Shown: positions 54,167 through 62,285 of the stretch, piece after piece
Layout: each line of letters begins with the position of its first letter
Position numbering within the stretch: position 1 is the stretch's first letter
DNA from: Candidatus Gottesmanbacteria bacterium
Lineage (GTDB): Bacteria; Patescibacteriota; Microgenomatia; UBA10105; UBA927
Length of the DNA: 64,000 bases
Direction: 5' to 3'
Assembly: GCA_963714095.1 (NCBI GenBank)
Contig: OY970230.1
Coordinates: 831,907-895,906 of the forward strand
Position numbers and translations under genes: made by a program
The notes under the pieces: model-generated
Database searches by the model: none
What the model saw: the letters and a program-made list of their open reading frames with translations, nothing else
Told to the model about the DNA's origin: nothing

Positions 54167-54796
54167 ATGATCGAAATAATCCCCGGTATTTTGGAAAAAG
54201 AATGGGAGATGATAGAGGAGCGGATCCGTTTAGTTACGGGGCTTGTTGACTGGGTGCACATAGATTTTGTTGATAATACGCTCGTGCCCAATACGACGTT
54301 TCTGGATTTTTCCCGTTTTTCCCGATTACCCCAATCTCCCCAATTAGAAGCCCACTTTATGGTCGCAAGCCCGGAGAAATATATTAAAGCAGCTGTGGAC
54401 GCCGGATTTAAACGCCTTATTGCACACGTTGAAGCGCACGACCCCCGGATTTTTTTGGATCAGGTGAAATACGAGCATGTCGAGGTAGGGATTGCAATTG
54501 ACGGTCCCACCGAGTTTGAAACACTCGAGCCGTTTTTGGAGGAAGTTGATTTCGTGGAAGTGATGATGGTGGAGGCAGGCTTCAGCGGCGGCACATTTTT
54601 GCCGGAATGCGCGGAAAAAATAAAGTCGATCCACAGCTATTTACCAGATTTGCCGATTGAAGTGACCGGGGGAATTACAGATAAAACCGCGCGGATCGCG
54701 GTTGAAGCTGGTGCCACACGGCTGGTATCCACAAGCTACGTCTTTCAGTACCCGGCAAATATCGCCGGGGCGATCGATCGATTACGAAATGCGTAA
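54167..54796 (+). CDS. rpe: Ribulose-phosphate 3-epimerase family protein.
   Basis: IIPGILEKEW, VHIDFVDNTLVPN, HFMVASPEKYIKAAVDAGFKRLIAHVEA and VEAGFSGGTFLPE follow the Rpe TIM-barrel motifs. Confidence 0.6.
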   Translation: MIEIIPGILEKEWEMIEERIRLVTGLVDWVHIDFVDNTLVPNTTFLDFSRFSRLPQSPQLEAHFMVASPEKYIKAAVDAGFKRLIAHVEAHDPRIFLDQVKYEHVEVGIAIDGPTEFETLEPFLEEVDFVEVMMVEAGFSGGTFLPECAEKIKSIHSYLPDLPIEVTGGITDKTARIAVEAGATRLVSTSYVFQYPANIAGAIDRLRNA

Positions 54797-54797
54797 C

Positions 54798-55649
54798 ATG
54801 AAAAAGTATATCCGTCTCCTCAGGCTTCAGGATCAATATATACCCGCGTTTGCCGCCATCTCTGCAGGGGTGTACCTTTCTTCACGAAGCCTCAGTATCC
54901 TCTGGTGGGCGATAGCGGGGACATTTTTATCATTCACCGCATTTATTATTAACGAAATGACGGATCAGCAGGATACGGATAAATATAGTTGGAACCCAGT
55001 CCACTCGCTTTATCGCGAGAAGTGGAATATGAATATCGTCTGGACCATGTTTTTCGTTTTTTCCGTTGCCGGACTTATCATAAGTTATCTTGTTGGATTG
55101 TTCATATGGGGACTGGCGATATACCTTATCGGCATTTTGTATTCCCTTAAACCTATTCGGCTCAAAGGGAGAATTGTGTTTGATGTCGCGGCACAACTTT
55201 TGGTTTGGTGGATTTTGCCGTTTTTAGCGCCGGTATGGACTGCGGGTGACCACGTACGGGGCGTATGGTTTACGGCGATTATGGGCTTTATTATTTGGTT
55301 TGCGTTCTACCCATACCAGATTTCAGATTTACCTGCGGATCGAAAAGCCGGCCTTCGCAATACGCATGTCGTCCTGGGAGTACAAAAAAGTCTTCAACTC
55401 GGGTGTATCTTAGGTGTAGTTGGAAGCATCCTCTACATTTGGTTCGGACTGGGCCGATCATTCCCATCAACACTACCGCTTATGGGCATTGCGATGATGG
55501 AATTGTATTTCTATAGTTGTTGGATGCGCGCCGGATCTGAAACTGCGTCGCTCGCGTTGATGCGGAGAGACATACCGGCATTTAAAATTATCGGTCAATT
55601 TCTTGTCCCATACATTCTTCTCGTCTGGTTGGGGATTATCCGCTTGTAG
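54798..55649 (+). CDS. UbiA-family prenyltransferase.
   Basis: The start is MKKYIRLL. The first Asp-rich motif is NEMTDQQDTDKY and the second is YQISDLPADRKAG. There are 8-9 TM helices. Confidence 0.7.
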   Translation: MKKYIRLLRLQDQYIPAFAAISAGVYLSSRSLSILWWAIAGTFLSFTAFIINEMTDQQDTDKYSWNPVHSLYREKWNMNIVWTMFFVFSVAGLIISYLVGLFIWGLAIYLIGILYSLKPIRLKGRIVFDVAAQLLVWWILPFLAPVWTAGDHVRGVWFTAIMGFIIWFAFYPYQISDLPADRKAGLRNTHVVLGVQKSLQLGCILGVVGSILYIWFGLGRSFPSTLPLMGIAMMELYFYSCWMRAGSETASLALMRRDIPAFKIIGQFLVPYILLVWLGIIRL

Positions 55650-56301
55650 CCGGTGCCTGAGAAACGATCTCAATAGCGTGTGAGGTGCCGATGCGCGAAG
55701 CACCGGCGTCGATAAACGCTTTCGTGACTTCGTAGGTCGCGACGCCGCCGGCAACTTTTATTTTCATATTCGGCACCGCTTTGCGGACGATTGTGACATC
55801 TTCAACGGTCGGATTCCGTGGTCCCATGCCGGAGCCGATTTTAACAAAATCCGCCCCTGCTTGTTGGATTGATATGGCGGCCTGCTCTATGAATTCCGGA
55901 GAACTCATATACCCGGGCTCCAGAATAAACTTTACAATCACGGGTTTCCCGACCATGCGGGCCGCGTCGACTATTGTTTTCATTTCCTCAACAAACGCGT
56001 TTGTGTTGCCTGAGAGAAATATGCCGATGTTGGGGACAACGTCCAGCTCGTCCGCTCCAAGAGTGACAGCCTCGTTGCCTGCGGCGCGTTTTGCGGCAAC
56101 GGTGTCCTGTCCCAGGGGAAACGATACGACCGTTCCCACGCGGACACCCTTGCTTTTGGCAAGCGTAATGTAGGCGGCGTTCACAAATGCAGCATGGAAG
56201 CCGTACTTGGTGACCTTTGCACACAGTGATTCAATATCGGCAGGAGTCGCGTCTGCGCGGTGGTTTGCAAAATCGAGGTACTGGGCAAGAGGGTTGGGCA
56301 T
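55636..56301 (-). CDS. deoC: Deoxyribose-phosphate aldolase.
   Basis: VSFPLGQDTVAAK, ADELDVVPNIG, KFILEPGY and FVKIGSGMG include the Schiff-base Lys region. The length is 221 aa. Confidence 0.8.
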   Translation of the reverse strand: MPNPLAQYLDFANHRADATPADIESLCAKVTKYGFHAAFVNAAYITLAKSKGVRVGTVVSFPLGQDTVAAKRAAGNEAVTLGADELDVVPNIGIFLSGNTNAFVEEMKTIVDAARMVGKPVIVKFILEPGYMSSPEFIEQAAISIQQAGADFVKIGSGMGPRNPTVEDVTIVRKAVPNMKIKVAGGVATYEVTKAFIDAGASRIGTSHAIEIVSQAPATSG

Positions 56302-56326
56302 GGGTATAGTATAGCAGACCCGATTA

Positions 56327-56701
56327 TTATTTTTTTCTCAATAATTTTCCAAGCAATGAAAGATTAGCAGGTACTTCACTCGGATCCATGCCACGGATAA
56401 GGTGACCCATATGACGTGCAGTTTCTTGTTGGTTTGGTGTCTTTAAGGCTATTTCTTCAGATAAGATTCCGCGTATATGTCGCAATGCTTCTTCCGGGTC
56501 TGGAAAAATTGCATCACTGAATATTTTGCCCCGGAATACCTCATCCCTCAGCCGGCGAAGTTCTTCAACCGGAAGTTCTTCGAGCGGTATACCTTCGAAT
56601 TGCCCCTCAACATGCTCGAGAATTAAACGTTGCGTGGTGGGACTGAGCCCCTGAAATCCGGGGGTTTTTTGGTTTTCCTGCTTTTCTTTGAGCACGTTCA
56701 T
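56327..56701 (-). CDS. Hypothetical protein.
   Basis: ORF of 124 aa. Confidence 0.4.
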   Translation of the reverse strand: MNVLKEKQENQKTPGFQGLSPTTQRLILEHVEGQFEGIPLEELPVEELRRLRDEVFRGKIFSDAIFPDPEEALRHIRGILSEEIALKTPNQQETARHMGHLIRGMDPSEVPANLSLLGKLLRKK

Positions 56702-56773
56702 AAAAAAGTGCCGGTATGGGTCAATACGAGGAAATTATATCAGAAAGCAACGATAAATGTGTATAATAACCTC

Positions 56774-57751
56774 ATGTACCACAGTGTTTTTGTCGCCGGC
56801 ACCTTTGACGGGCTCCACGCGGGCCATAATGCCATTCTCGCGGCCTCCTGCGAGGCGGGGGACAGTGTAACCATCGGCCTTACCAGTGATGTATTTATAA
56901 GGAATTTCAAAAAAAATGCCTCTGCAATTGCTTCGTTTGCGCAGCGGAGAAAACATCTCGAGCAGTGGCTCAGAGCGCATGGGTACGGCGAAAAAGCGCT
57001 GATTATCCCCATCGACGATCCGTATGAACCGGCAGCGAGTATCACCGATCTTGAAGTGCTTGTGGTGACTCCCGATAATAAATCCAGAGGCGAGGAGATT
57101 AACCGTATCCGTAAAGAAAAAAATCTCATGCCGCTCGGATTACTCGTCGTGCCTCTGGTTGCCGCAGAAGATAAAAAATCTATTTCGTCCACACGTGTGC
57201 GCGATGGCGAGGTCGATACAGCAGGCAGATTAATTCTGCCCGATAGCCTGCGGCAGGAACTCGCTCAACCTTTAGGAACTATCCTCATAGGTGATGCCAT
57301 AGGAAGCTCCATAGAAGCTCACAGACAGGGTATTATTGTGACGTGTGGTGATATAACAACGAAGACGCTGTTGACCGCGGGCGTGACGCCGTCCCTCTCA
57401 ATCGTGGATTTCCAGGTCGGGCGTAGCCCGTTCCCTGAACTGGACGGACGTTTTGCGGCGCTCAATATTTTTCGCGTCTCTGTCGCGAGCGGCCCCGGAT
57501 TTATCGCCAAAGAGGCGGTAGAAGTGATAAAAAAATGGGCGTCGCATCCGGAAGAAAAAATAGTACTGGCGGTTTCGGGTGAAGAAGACTTACTCGCCCT
57601 AGCAGCCATCGCCTACGGGCCAACCGGTGCGGTTGTCTATTACGGACAACCGGGGAAGGGATTGGTGGAAGTCGTGATAAACGAGGCAATTGTACAAAAA
57701 GCCGCTCAACTTCTCCTAAAATTTGTTCTGAAGCCGCAGGAAAGAGTATAA
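56774..57751 (+). CDS. Fusion of archaeal-type phosphopantetheine adenylyltransferase (COG1019) with a DUF359 domain (archaeal GTP-dependent dephospho-CoA kinase family).
   Basis: The start is MYHSVFVAGTFDGLHAGHNAIL. IGLTSDVF, IDDPYEPA and ISSTRVRDGEVD match archaeal PPAT. The C-terminal half (ILIGDAIG...VSGEEDLLALAAIAYGPTGAVVYYGQPGKGLVEVVI) is DUF359-like. Confidence 0.5.
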   Translation: MYHSVFVAGTFDGLHAGHNAILAASCEAGDSVTIGLTSDVFIRNFKKNASAIASFAQRRKHLEQWLRAHGYGEKALIIPIDDPYEPAASITDLEVLVVTPDNKSRGEEINRIRKEKNLMPLGLLVVPLVAAEDKKSISSTRVRDGEVDTAGRLILPDSLRQELAQPLGTILIGDAIGSSIEAHRQGIIVTCGDITTKTLLTAGVTPSLSIVDFQVGRSPFPELDGRFAALNIFRVSVASGPGFIAKEAVEVIKKWASHPEEKIVLAVSGEEDLLALAAIAYGPTGAVVYYGQPGKGLVEVVINEAIVQKAAQLLLKFVLKPQERV

Positions 57752-57773
57752 TAATACTGTTAGAACAACAAGA

Positions 57774-58565
57774 ATGCATATGGCAGCGGAATCTGAACCC
57801 AATCCAACAACCATTCTTACTGCTATTGATCAATTCACCCTGTATTCCCCCGAGGTTCATGCATTAGTGAAACTATGGAAGCAGGTTTTAGTTGTTTTCC
57901 ATCCGGACGTGACAAGCATTGAAGTTGATCCGCATATTTTACCCAGTAATACAGACGAATTTGATAATACCTGGAGTCTTAATCCTCAGATGACGGGGTT
58001 GCTTTTTGATGCAAAAAACGCAGGAATACATGTGGTCGTGATGGAAACAGCCCGTACGCACCAGATGGGTTCACAGGTTCTCCCGGCAAAAGAGACGCTT
58101 TTGCGTAGCGCCTCATCACTCATAATTCCCTGGGAATACCATCTTGGGTCGCCTAGTTGTATCAGTGCGTTATTGAAAGCTCACGGTGTTCCGATTCAGC
58201 CAGATGAAGATGTCATGCAGTATACACAACCGGAAATATTGTTTGCTCTTGACAAAGATCAGCAGTGTCTTACGTTATATAAAGATTATGGTGTGCCGCA
58301 AAACGACACTTTTTCGTCTCTTGTTAAAGGAAAATCTGAACGCATTGAAGTTAAGTATCCACTCATGGCGCCCTTACTAAGGGTGCGCCTTCATCCAACG
58401 GAAGCCAAGATACACCCCAGTCTGGTATCAACAGATCGTGGAAGCGATAGAATAGCATTTCCGAAGTTGACTGATCAAATAGGGATGAAAGTTCCGGTTT
58501 TAAAAGAAGTAGCCCAATTACGCGGGGAGATTGGTCAATTCTTCGGTCGTTCCCTTGACAGGTGA
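57774..58565 (+). CDS. Hypothetical protein.
   Basis: ORF of 263 aa. Confidence 0.4.
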   Translation: MHMAAESEPNPTTILTAIDQFTLYSPEVHALVKLWKQVLVVFHPDVTSIEVDPHILPSNTDEFDNTWSLNPQMTGLLFDAKNAGIHVVVMETARTHQMGSQVLPAKETLLRSASSLIIPWEYHLGSPSCISALLKAHGVPIQPDEDVMQYTQPEILFALDKDQQCLTLYKDYGVPQNDTFSSLVKGKSERIEVKYPLMAPLLRVRLHPTEAKIHPSLVSTDRGSDRIAFPKLTDQIGMKVPVLKEVAQLRGEIGQFFGRSLDR

Positions 58566-58589
58566 TTTCCGACACCCGATACTTAATGT

Positions 58590-59447
58590 ATGGCAAAATA
58601 CGTCCCCGATGTTAAAACACAGCGGTGGGTGATTATTGCGGCTGCCCGAAGTAAGCGTCCGGATGAGTCAACCACTCCGCAAACAGGCGCACCTGTGTGC
58701 GCGTTTTGCGAAGGCAACGAGACGTTGACTCCGCCGGAAGTCTACCGGATCGGCGCCGGAGAAAAAGATAAACCAGGATGGCAGGTCCGCGTGGTCCCCA
58801 ATAAATACGCCATTACCGATATTCATGAAGTCATTATTCACAGCCCGAGCCATACGGATGATTTGGAGCATCTTCCCACAGAACAGGTTGCCCGCATACT
58901 GACGGCGTACCGCGACCGCTACCGCGCCCATGAGGGAGACGGGCAGGTGATTATTTTTTGTAACCATGGTTTCCATGCAGGCGCCAGTCTCATGCACCCT
59001 CATTCGCAATTAGTCGTGGTTCCGAAGCAAATCAATCTGGATTCCCTGTACCGCGAGCCCATAACCAATATTGTTGAGGAGAATACCTCGTTTGTCACCT
59101 ATTGTCCGGATTTTTCACAGTGGCCGTATGAGACGTGGATTGCGCCTAAAACCGTAGGGACAAAATTCGGTGATACGCCGGAAGGGGAGTTACCGGACTT
59201 GGCCATGGTATTACAGACTATTCTTAAAAAATTGGAGAAAATATATATTGCATCCACGATTAAGCCGAAAGACCGTTCTGACAATACGTTCGTTTACAAC
59301 TATTATATTTATCACGGTACGGACTGGTTTATCCGCATCATTCCGCGCTTTATTCACCGTGCAGGATTTGAGCTGGGGACCGGCTTAAACGTGAACGTGG
59401 TGGATCCCACCGAAGCCGCGAAGGAAATTAAAGAAACCACGATATAA
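58590..59447 (+). CDS. galT: Galactose-1-phosphate uridylyltransferase-family (GalT/HIT-like) nucleotidyltransferase.
   Basis: The Zn site CAFCEGNE and the HxHxQ motif LMHPHSQLVVVP are present. The length is 285 aa. Confidence 0.65.
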   Translation: MAKYVPDVKTQRWVIIAAARSKRPDESTTPQTGAPVCAFCEGNETLTPPEVYRIGAGEKDKPGWQVRVVPNKYAITDIHEVIIHSPSHTDDLEHLPTEQVARILTAYRDRYRAHEGDGQVIIFCNHGFHAGASLMHPHSQLVVVPKQINLDSLYREPITNIVEENTSFVTYCPDFSQWPYETWIAPKTVGTKFGDTPEGELPDLAMVLQTILKKLEKIYIASTIKPKDRSDNTFVYNYYIYHGTDWFIRIIPRFIHRAGFELGTGLNVNVVDPTEAAKEIKETTI

Positions 59448-59468
59448 CACGTACAATTCGTTAGCTCG

Positions 59469-59669
59469 TTAGACCGCCCCTTTTTGCTGAAGACCCAGGA
59501 GCCACATGACTGCTTCTTTCTTGTACCGGCGGTCGCCGCGTGAATTGATGCGGATTGCGGGTAACTTTCCGCGTTTGCCCCACCGTTTGATCGTGAGTGG
59601 CGACACACGAAGAATTTTTGCGACCTCGCGGACTGTCAACAAATCCGGCCATTCATCACCAAGTGCCAT
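59469..59669 (-). CDS. Small excisionase/MerR-type HTH DNA-binding protein.
   Basis: The start is taken at MALGDEWPDLLTVREVAKILRVSPLTIKRWGKRGKLPAIRINSRGDRRYKKE. Confidence 0.5.
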   Translation of the reverse strand: MALGDEWPDLLTVREVAKILRVSPLTIKRWGKRGKLPAIRINSRGDRRYKKEAVMWLLGLQQKGAV

Positions 59670-60364
59670 AGATCTCCTTTTTTCGGGCAAGAAAATTATT
59701 TTAGGCAGTATCAATATTCATCACAACAGTACATCGTCAATCAAACATTGTCAAGAGACATCAAATGCGTGCAGATACTTTTATATCTATTGTTATAGAT
59801 AAAGGAAAAATCGTTTCGAAAAACGAAAGATCATATATAAGAACCTTTTTTTACACATTTTTGGATACATCTGACAGATATCGGGAATTTCGAATTATTT
59901 TGGTATTCGATGAAAAAGCAGTCGCGTGTAACGCGTGTAACGCGGGTAAAAAATAACGGCATGTGGATTTTCAGTACCGTGGAAAATCGGGGCAGGGGTG
60001 TCGCCGGACAGATCGGGTAAAAAGTGTGCTTGTATCAAAAAGTGAGCAATTTTAAAAAGTATTCAAAGCAGGATATATTGGATACAAAAAGAGTTCAATA
60101 ATATCCACAATATCGCACAAACAATCCACAATGATTCGTCTTGCGTACGTATTCGGAAAATGCCGAAAAAGCGAAATACAACGAATAAGGTAAGTACATC
60201 AAATTTGATCAACCTGTAGTCTTCCGAGGAATACAATGAATTGGCAGAGGATGCGATAGAGCGCCACGCCGGTAAAATGGCGTTCGGTAAAGCTACGGGG
60301 AATATCGCGTTTTGACGCCATTTCTTAGCACTTAGCCTCAAACAGCGCCAGCCCCTGTAATGCC

Positions 60365-60432
60365 CTAGGACGGCAAAAAAACGGCTAGACTCAAAATACC
60401 TCCAAAGGTAAAGTGACGAGTCTAGCCGTCAA
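60365..60432 (-). terminator. Rho-independent terminator for minus-strand transcription.
   Basis: The 12-bp stem acggctagactc/gagtctagccgt is followed on the minus strand by a TTTTTTT run. Confidence 0.5.
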
Positions 60433-60507
60433 CCAATAAAAAAGTCGAATACGGATAAAAAATAACGCAATGAAAGTCTGGCGATAGATTGTCAGCCTTC
60501 TTCACAG

Positions 60508-60700
60508 TTAACGAACTGACACTGTGGTGGGCAATTTGTCCAGGATGAGCGGGAGCGAGCGGTTATTTTCGATAAACCATTCAATTGAGCTTCGAAGGCC
60601 CTCTGTGAACGCGACTTGCGGTTCCCATCCCAATTTCAATTTGGCATGCGAGATGTCCAGGACACTCCGTTTTTGTTCACCCGGTTTATCCGGACCGTGA
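60508..60700 (-). pseudogene. C-terminal remnant of an NAD-dependent epimerase/dehydratase.
   Basis: GPDKPGEQKRSVLDISHAKLKLGWEPQVAFTEGLRSSIEWF matches only the C-terminal end of the SDR epimerase family. The upstream ORF part is unrelated. Confidence 0.35.
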
Positions 60701-60898
60701 ATCGCTGTAGCGTAGACGCCGCAGATTTCGGTTATGAGCCGGAAAATGGTATTGACGTCCGTCTCTATGGTACGTCTCGGCCCCCTATTAACACCAGAAG
60801 AACTCGAAATACAAAGGGCAAAAGCATTAGAATTGGAAAGAGGAAAAGCGATTGGTGTTGCACTGCGGGGTACCCTCATCCGATCGGTAAAGCAATCA

Positions 60899-60927
60899 TT
60901 CTTGCCCCCAAAGAAATAACCTGCTAT
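60899..60927 (+). promoter_or_regulatory. Putative sigma70-type promoter for rplJ-rplL.
   Basis: TTGCCC, a 17-nt spacer, then TATAAT. It lies about 95 nt upstream of the rplJ ATG. Confidence 0.4.
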
Positions 60928-61020
60928 AATCCTTTTATCCTAAAGACCGTAAGCATTCCGAAAGGATAGAAGTCTTACCGAGGGAATACTTCCTCGCTTT
61001 TGGCGGGGATTTTTATTTAT

Positions 61021-61536
61021 ATGGCAACACAACGAAAAATAGACGCAGTCACCCAGCTTACTGAAAAAGTCGCGAAAGCCAAATCTATTGTTTTGGCTGA
61101 TTACCGCGGCCTCAAGCATAAACAACTCGAGGAACTGCGCCGCACGCTGAAGAAAACTAACGCGGAATTTTCAGTTACGAAAAACCGCCTATTTGCTAAA
61201 GCATTAGGCGACAAGGCAAAATCCGTTGAAGGACTCCTGAAAGAGTCAACCGGCGCGCTGTTTGCGTATGCAGATGAAATCACCCCTCTTGGGGTGCTGT
61301 TAAAATTTTTCAAAACCACAGGATTCGGCAAGACCAAAGGCGGATTGTTGGGTGATACAGTGCTCTCTGACGCAGACGTTTCACGGCTTGCCGCGCTCGC
61401 CCCCCGGCCGGTACTCTATTCGATGCTCGCGGCCCAGCTGAACGCACCGATTCAGGGCCTGCACTATGCACTGAACTGGAATTTGAACAAGCTCGTTTGG
61501 GCTTTGAATAGTATAAAGGAAAAGAAAACGAATTAA
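61021..61536 (+). CDS. rplJ: 50S ribosomal protein L10.
   Basis: MATQRKIDAVTQLTEKVAKAKSIVLADYRGLKHKQLEELRRTLK... The start is taken at the internal Met MATQRK of the listed ORF. Confidence 0.85.
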   Translation: MATQRKIDAVTQLTEKVAKAKSIVLADYRGLKHKQLEELRRTLKKTNAEFSVTKNRLFAKALGDKAKSVEGLLKESTGALFAYADEITPLGVLLKFFKTTGFGKTKGGLLGDTVLSDADVSRLAALAPRPVLYSMLAAQLNAPIQGLHYALNWNLNKLVWALNSIKEKKTN

Positions 61537-61560
61537 TTTGATGGGAGGTGACACACAAGT

Positions 61561-61947
61561 ATGGCAAAATTATCAAAAGATGAAATTTTAAAATCGGTAG
61601 AAGAGATGACGGTGTTGGAACTGGCAGATTTAGTCAAGGCATTGGAGGAAAAATTTGGTGTCACCGCGGCACCCGTAGCCGTAGCGGCAGCGGGAGCACC
61701 AGCGGCAGACGCAGGCGAACCAAAAGAGGAACAAACGGTATTCAACGTGGTTCTGAAGGAAGCTGGAGCAAACCGGATCGGCGCAATTAAAGCCGTCCGC
61801 GAACTCGTTCCTACCCTGGGACTTCAGGAAGCAAAAGCACTCGTTGAGAGCGCACCGAAGGAAGTCTTAACCGGCGTTAATAAGAGTACAGCAGAAGAGG
61901 CAAAGAAAAAATTAGAGGCAGCCGGAGCAAAGGTCGAGCTCAAGTAA
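61561..61947 (+). CDS. rplL: 50S ribosomal protein L7/L12.
   Basis: [34 protein letters not shown]..., an Ala/Pro hinge, and the C-terminal ...[13 protein letters not shown]. The SD GGGAGGTG lies upstream. Confidence 0.9.
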   Translation: MAKLSKDEILKSVEEMTVLELADLVKALEEKFGVTAAPVAVAAAGAPAADAGEPKEEQTVFNVVLKEAGANRIGAIKAVRELVPTLGLQEAKALVESAPKEVLTGVNKSTAEEAKKKLEAAGAKVELK

Positions 61948-61977
61948 CACTGATTTTAAGAATATTTACAAAATTCC

Positions 61978-62003
61978 CCGCCATGAGGCGGGGTTTTTGT
62001 GAA
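61978..62003 (+). terminator. Rho-independent terminator after rplL.
   Basis: The hairpin ccccgcc-atga-ggcgggg is followed by TTTTTGT. Confidence 0.75.
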
Positions 62004-62285
62004 ATATACTGTATTTACCTCATATTTTATCCTATAGTTGATATTCCTCTTCATTAAACGTATAATTTAGTGCTCCATTCTTTGGGGCAATGTTTGTTTG
62101 CATTTCTGTTTCCCGACGCTTGCGTCGGATAAAACGGTGCGCAAATGACAGCTCTTTAACAAGTCAATACGGATAAATACACTCTCCTACTCTTTCTTTC
62201 GTTAGAGCGCCCAGCGGACGACCGTTCGCCCATTGCGCGCTCTAACGGAGGAGAGCACCCAAATTTTATTCAAGGAGATGTTGAG

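Noticed and set aside
56630-56773. A 5' extension of the PPAT-like ORF from 56630.
   Set aside because: It would overlap the convergent upstream gene, and its translation is unrelated. The conserved PPAT N-terminus begins at Met 56774.
60063-60341. A 92-aa minus-strand ORF in the AT-rich spacer.
   Set aside because: It shows no SD and has a low-complexity hydrophobic composition. It lies in a region better explained as non-coding scar.
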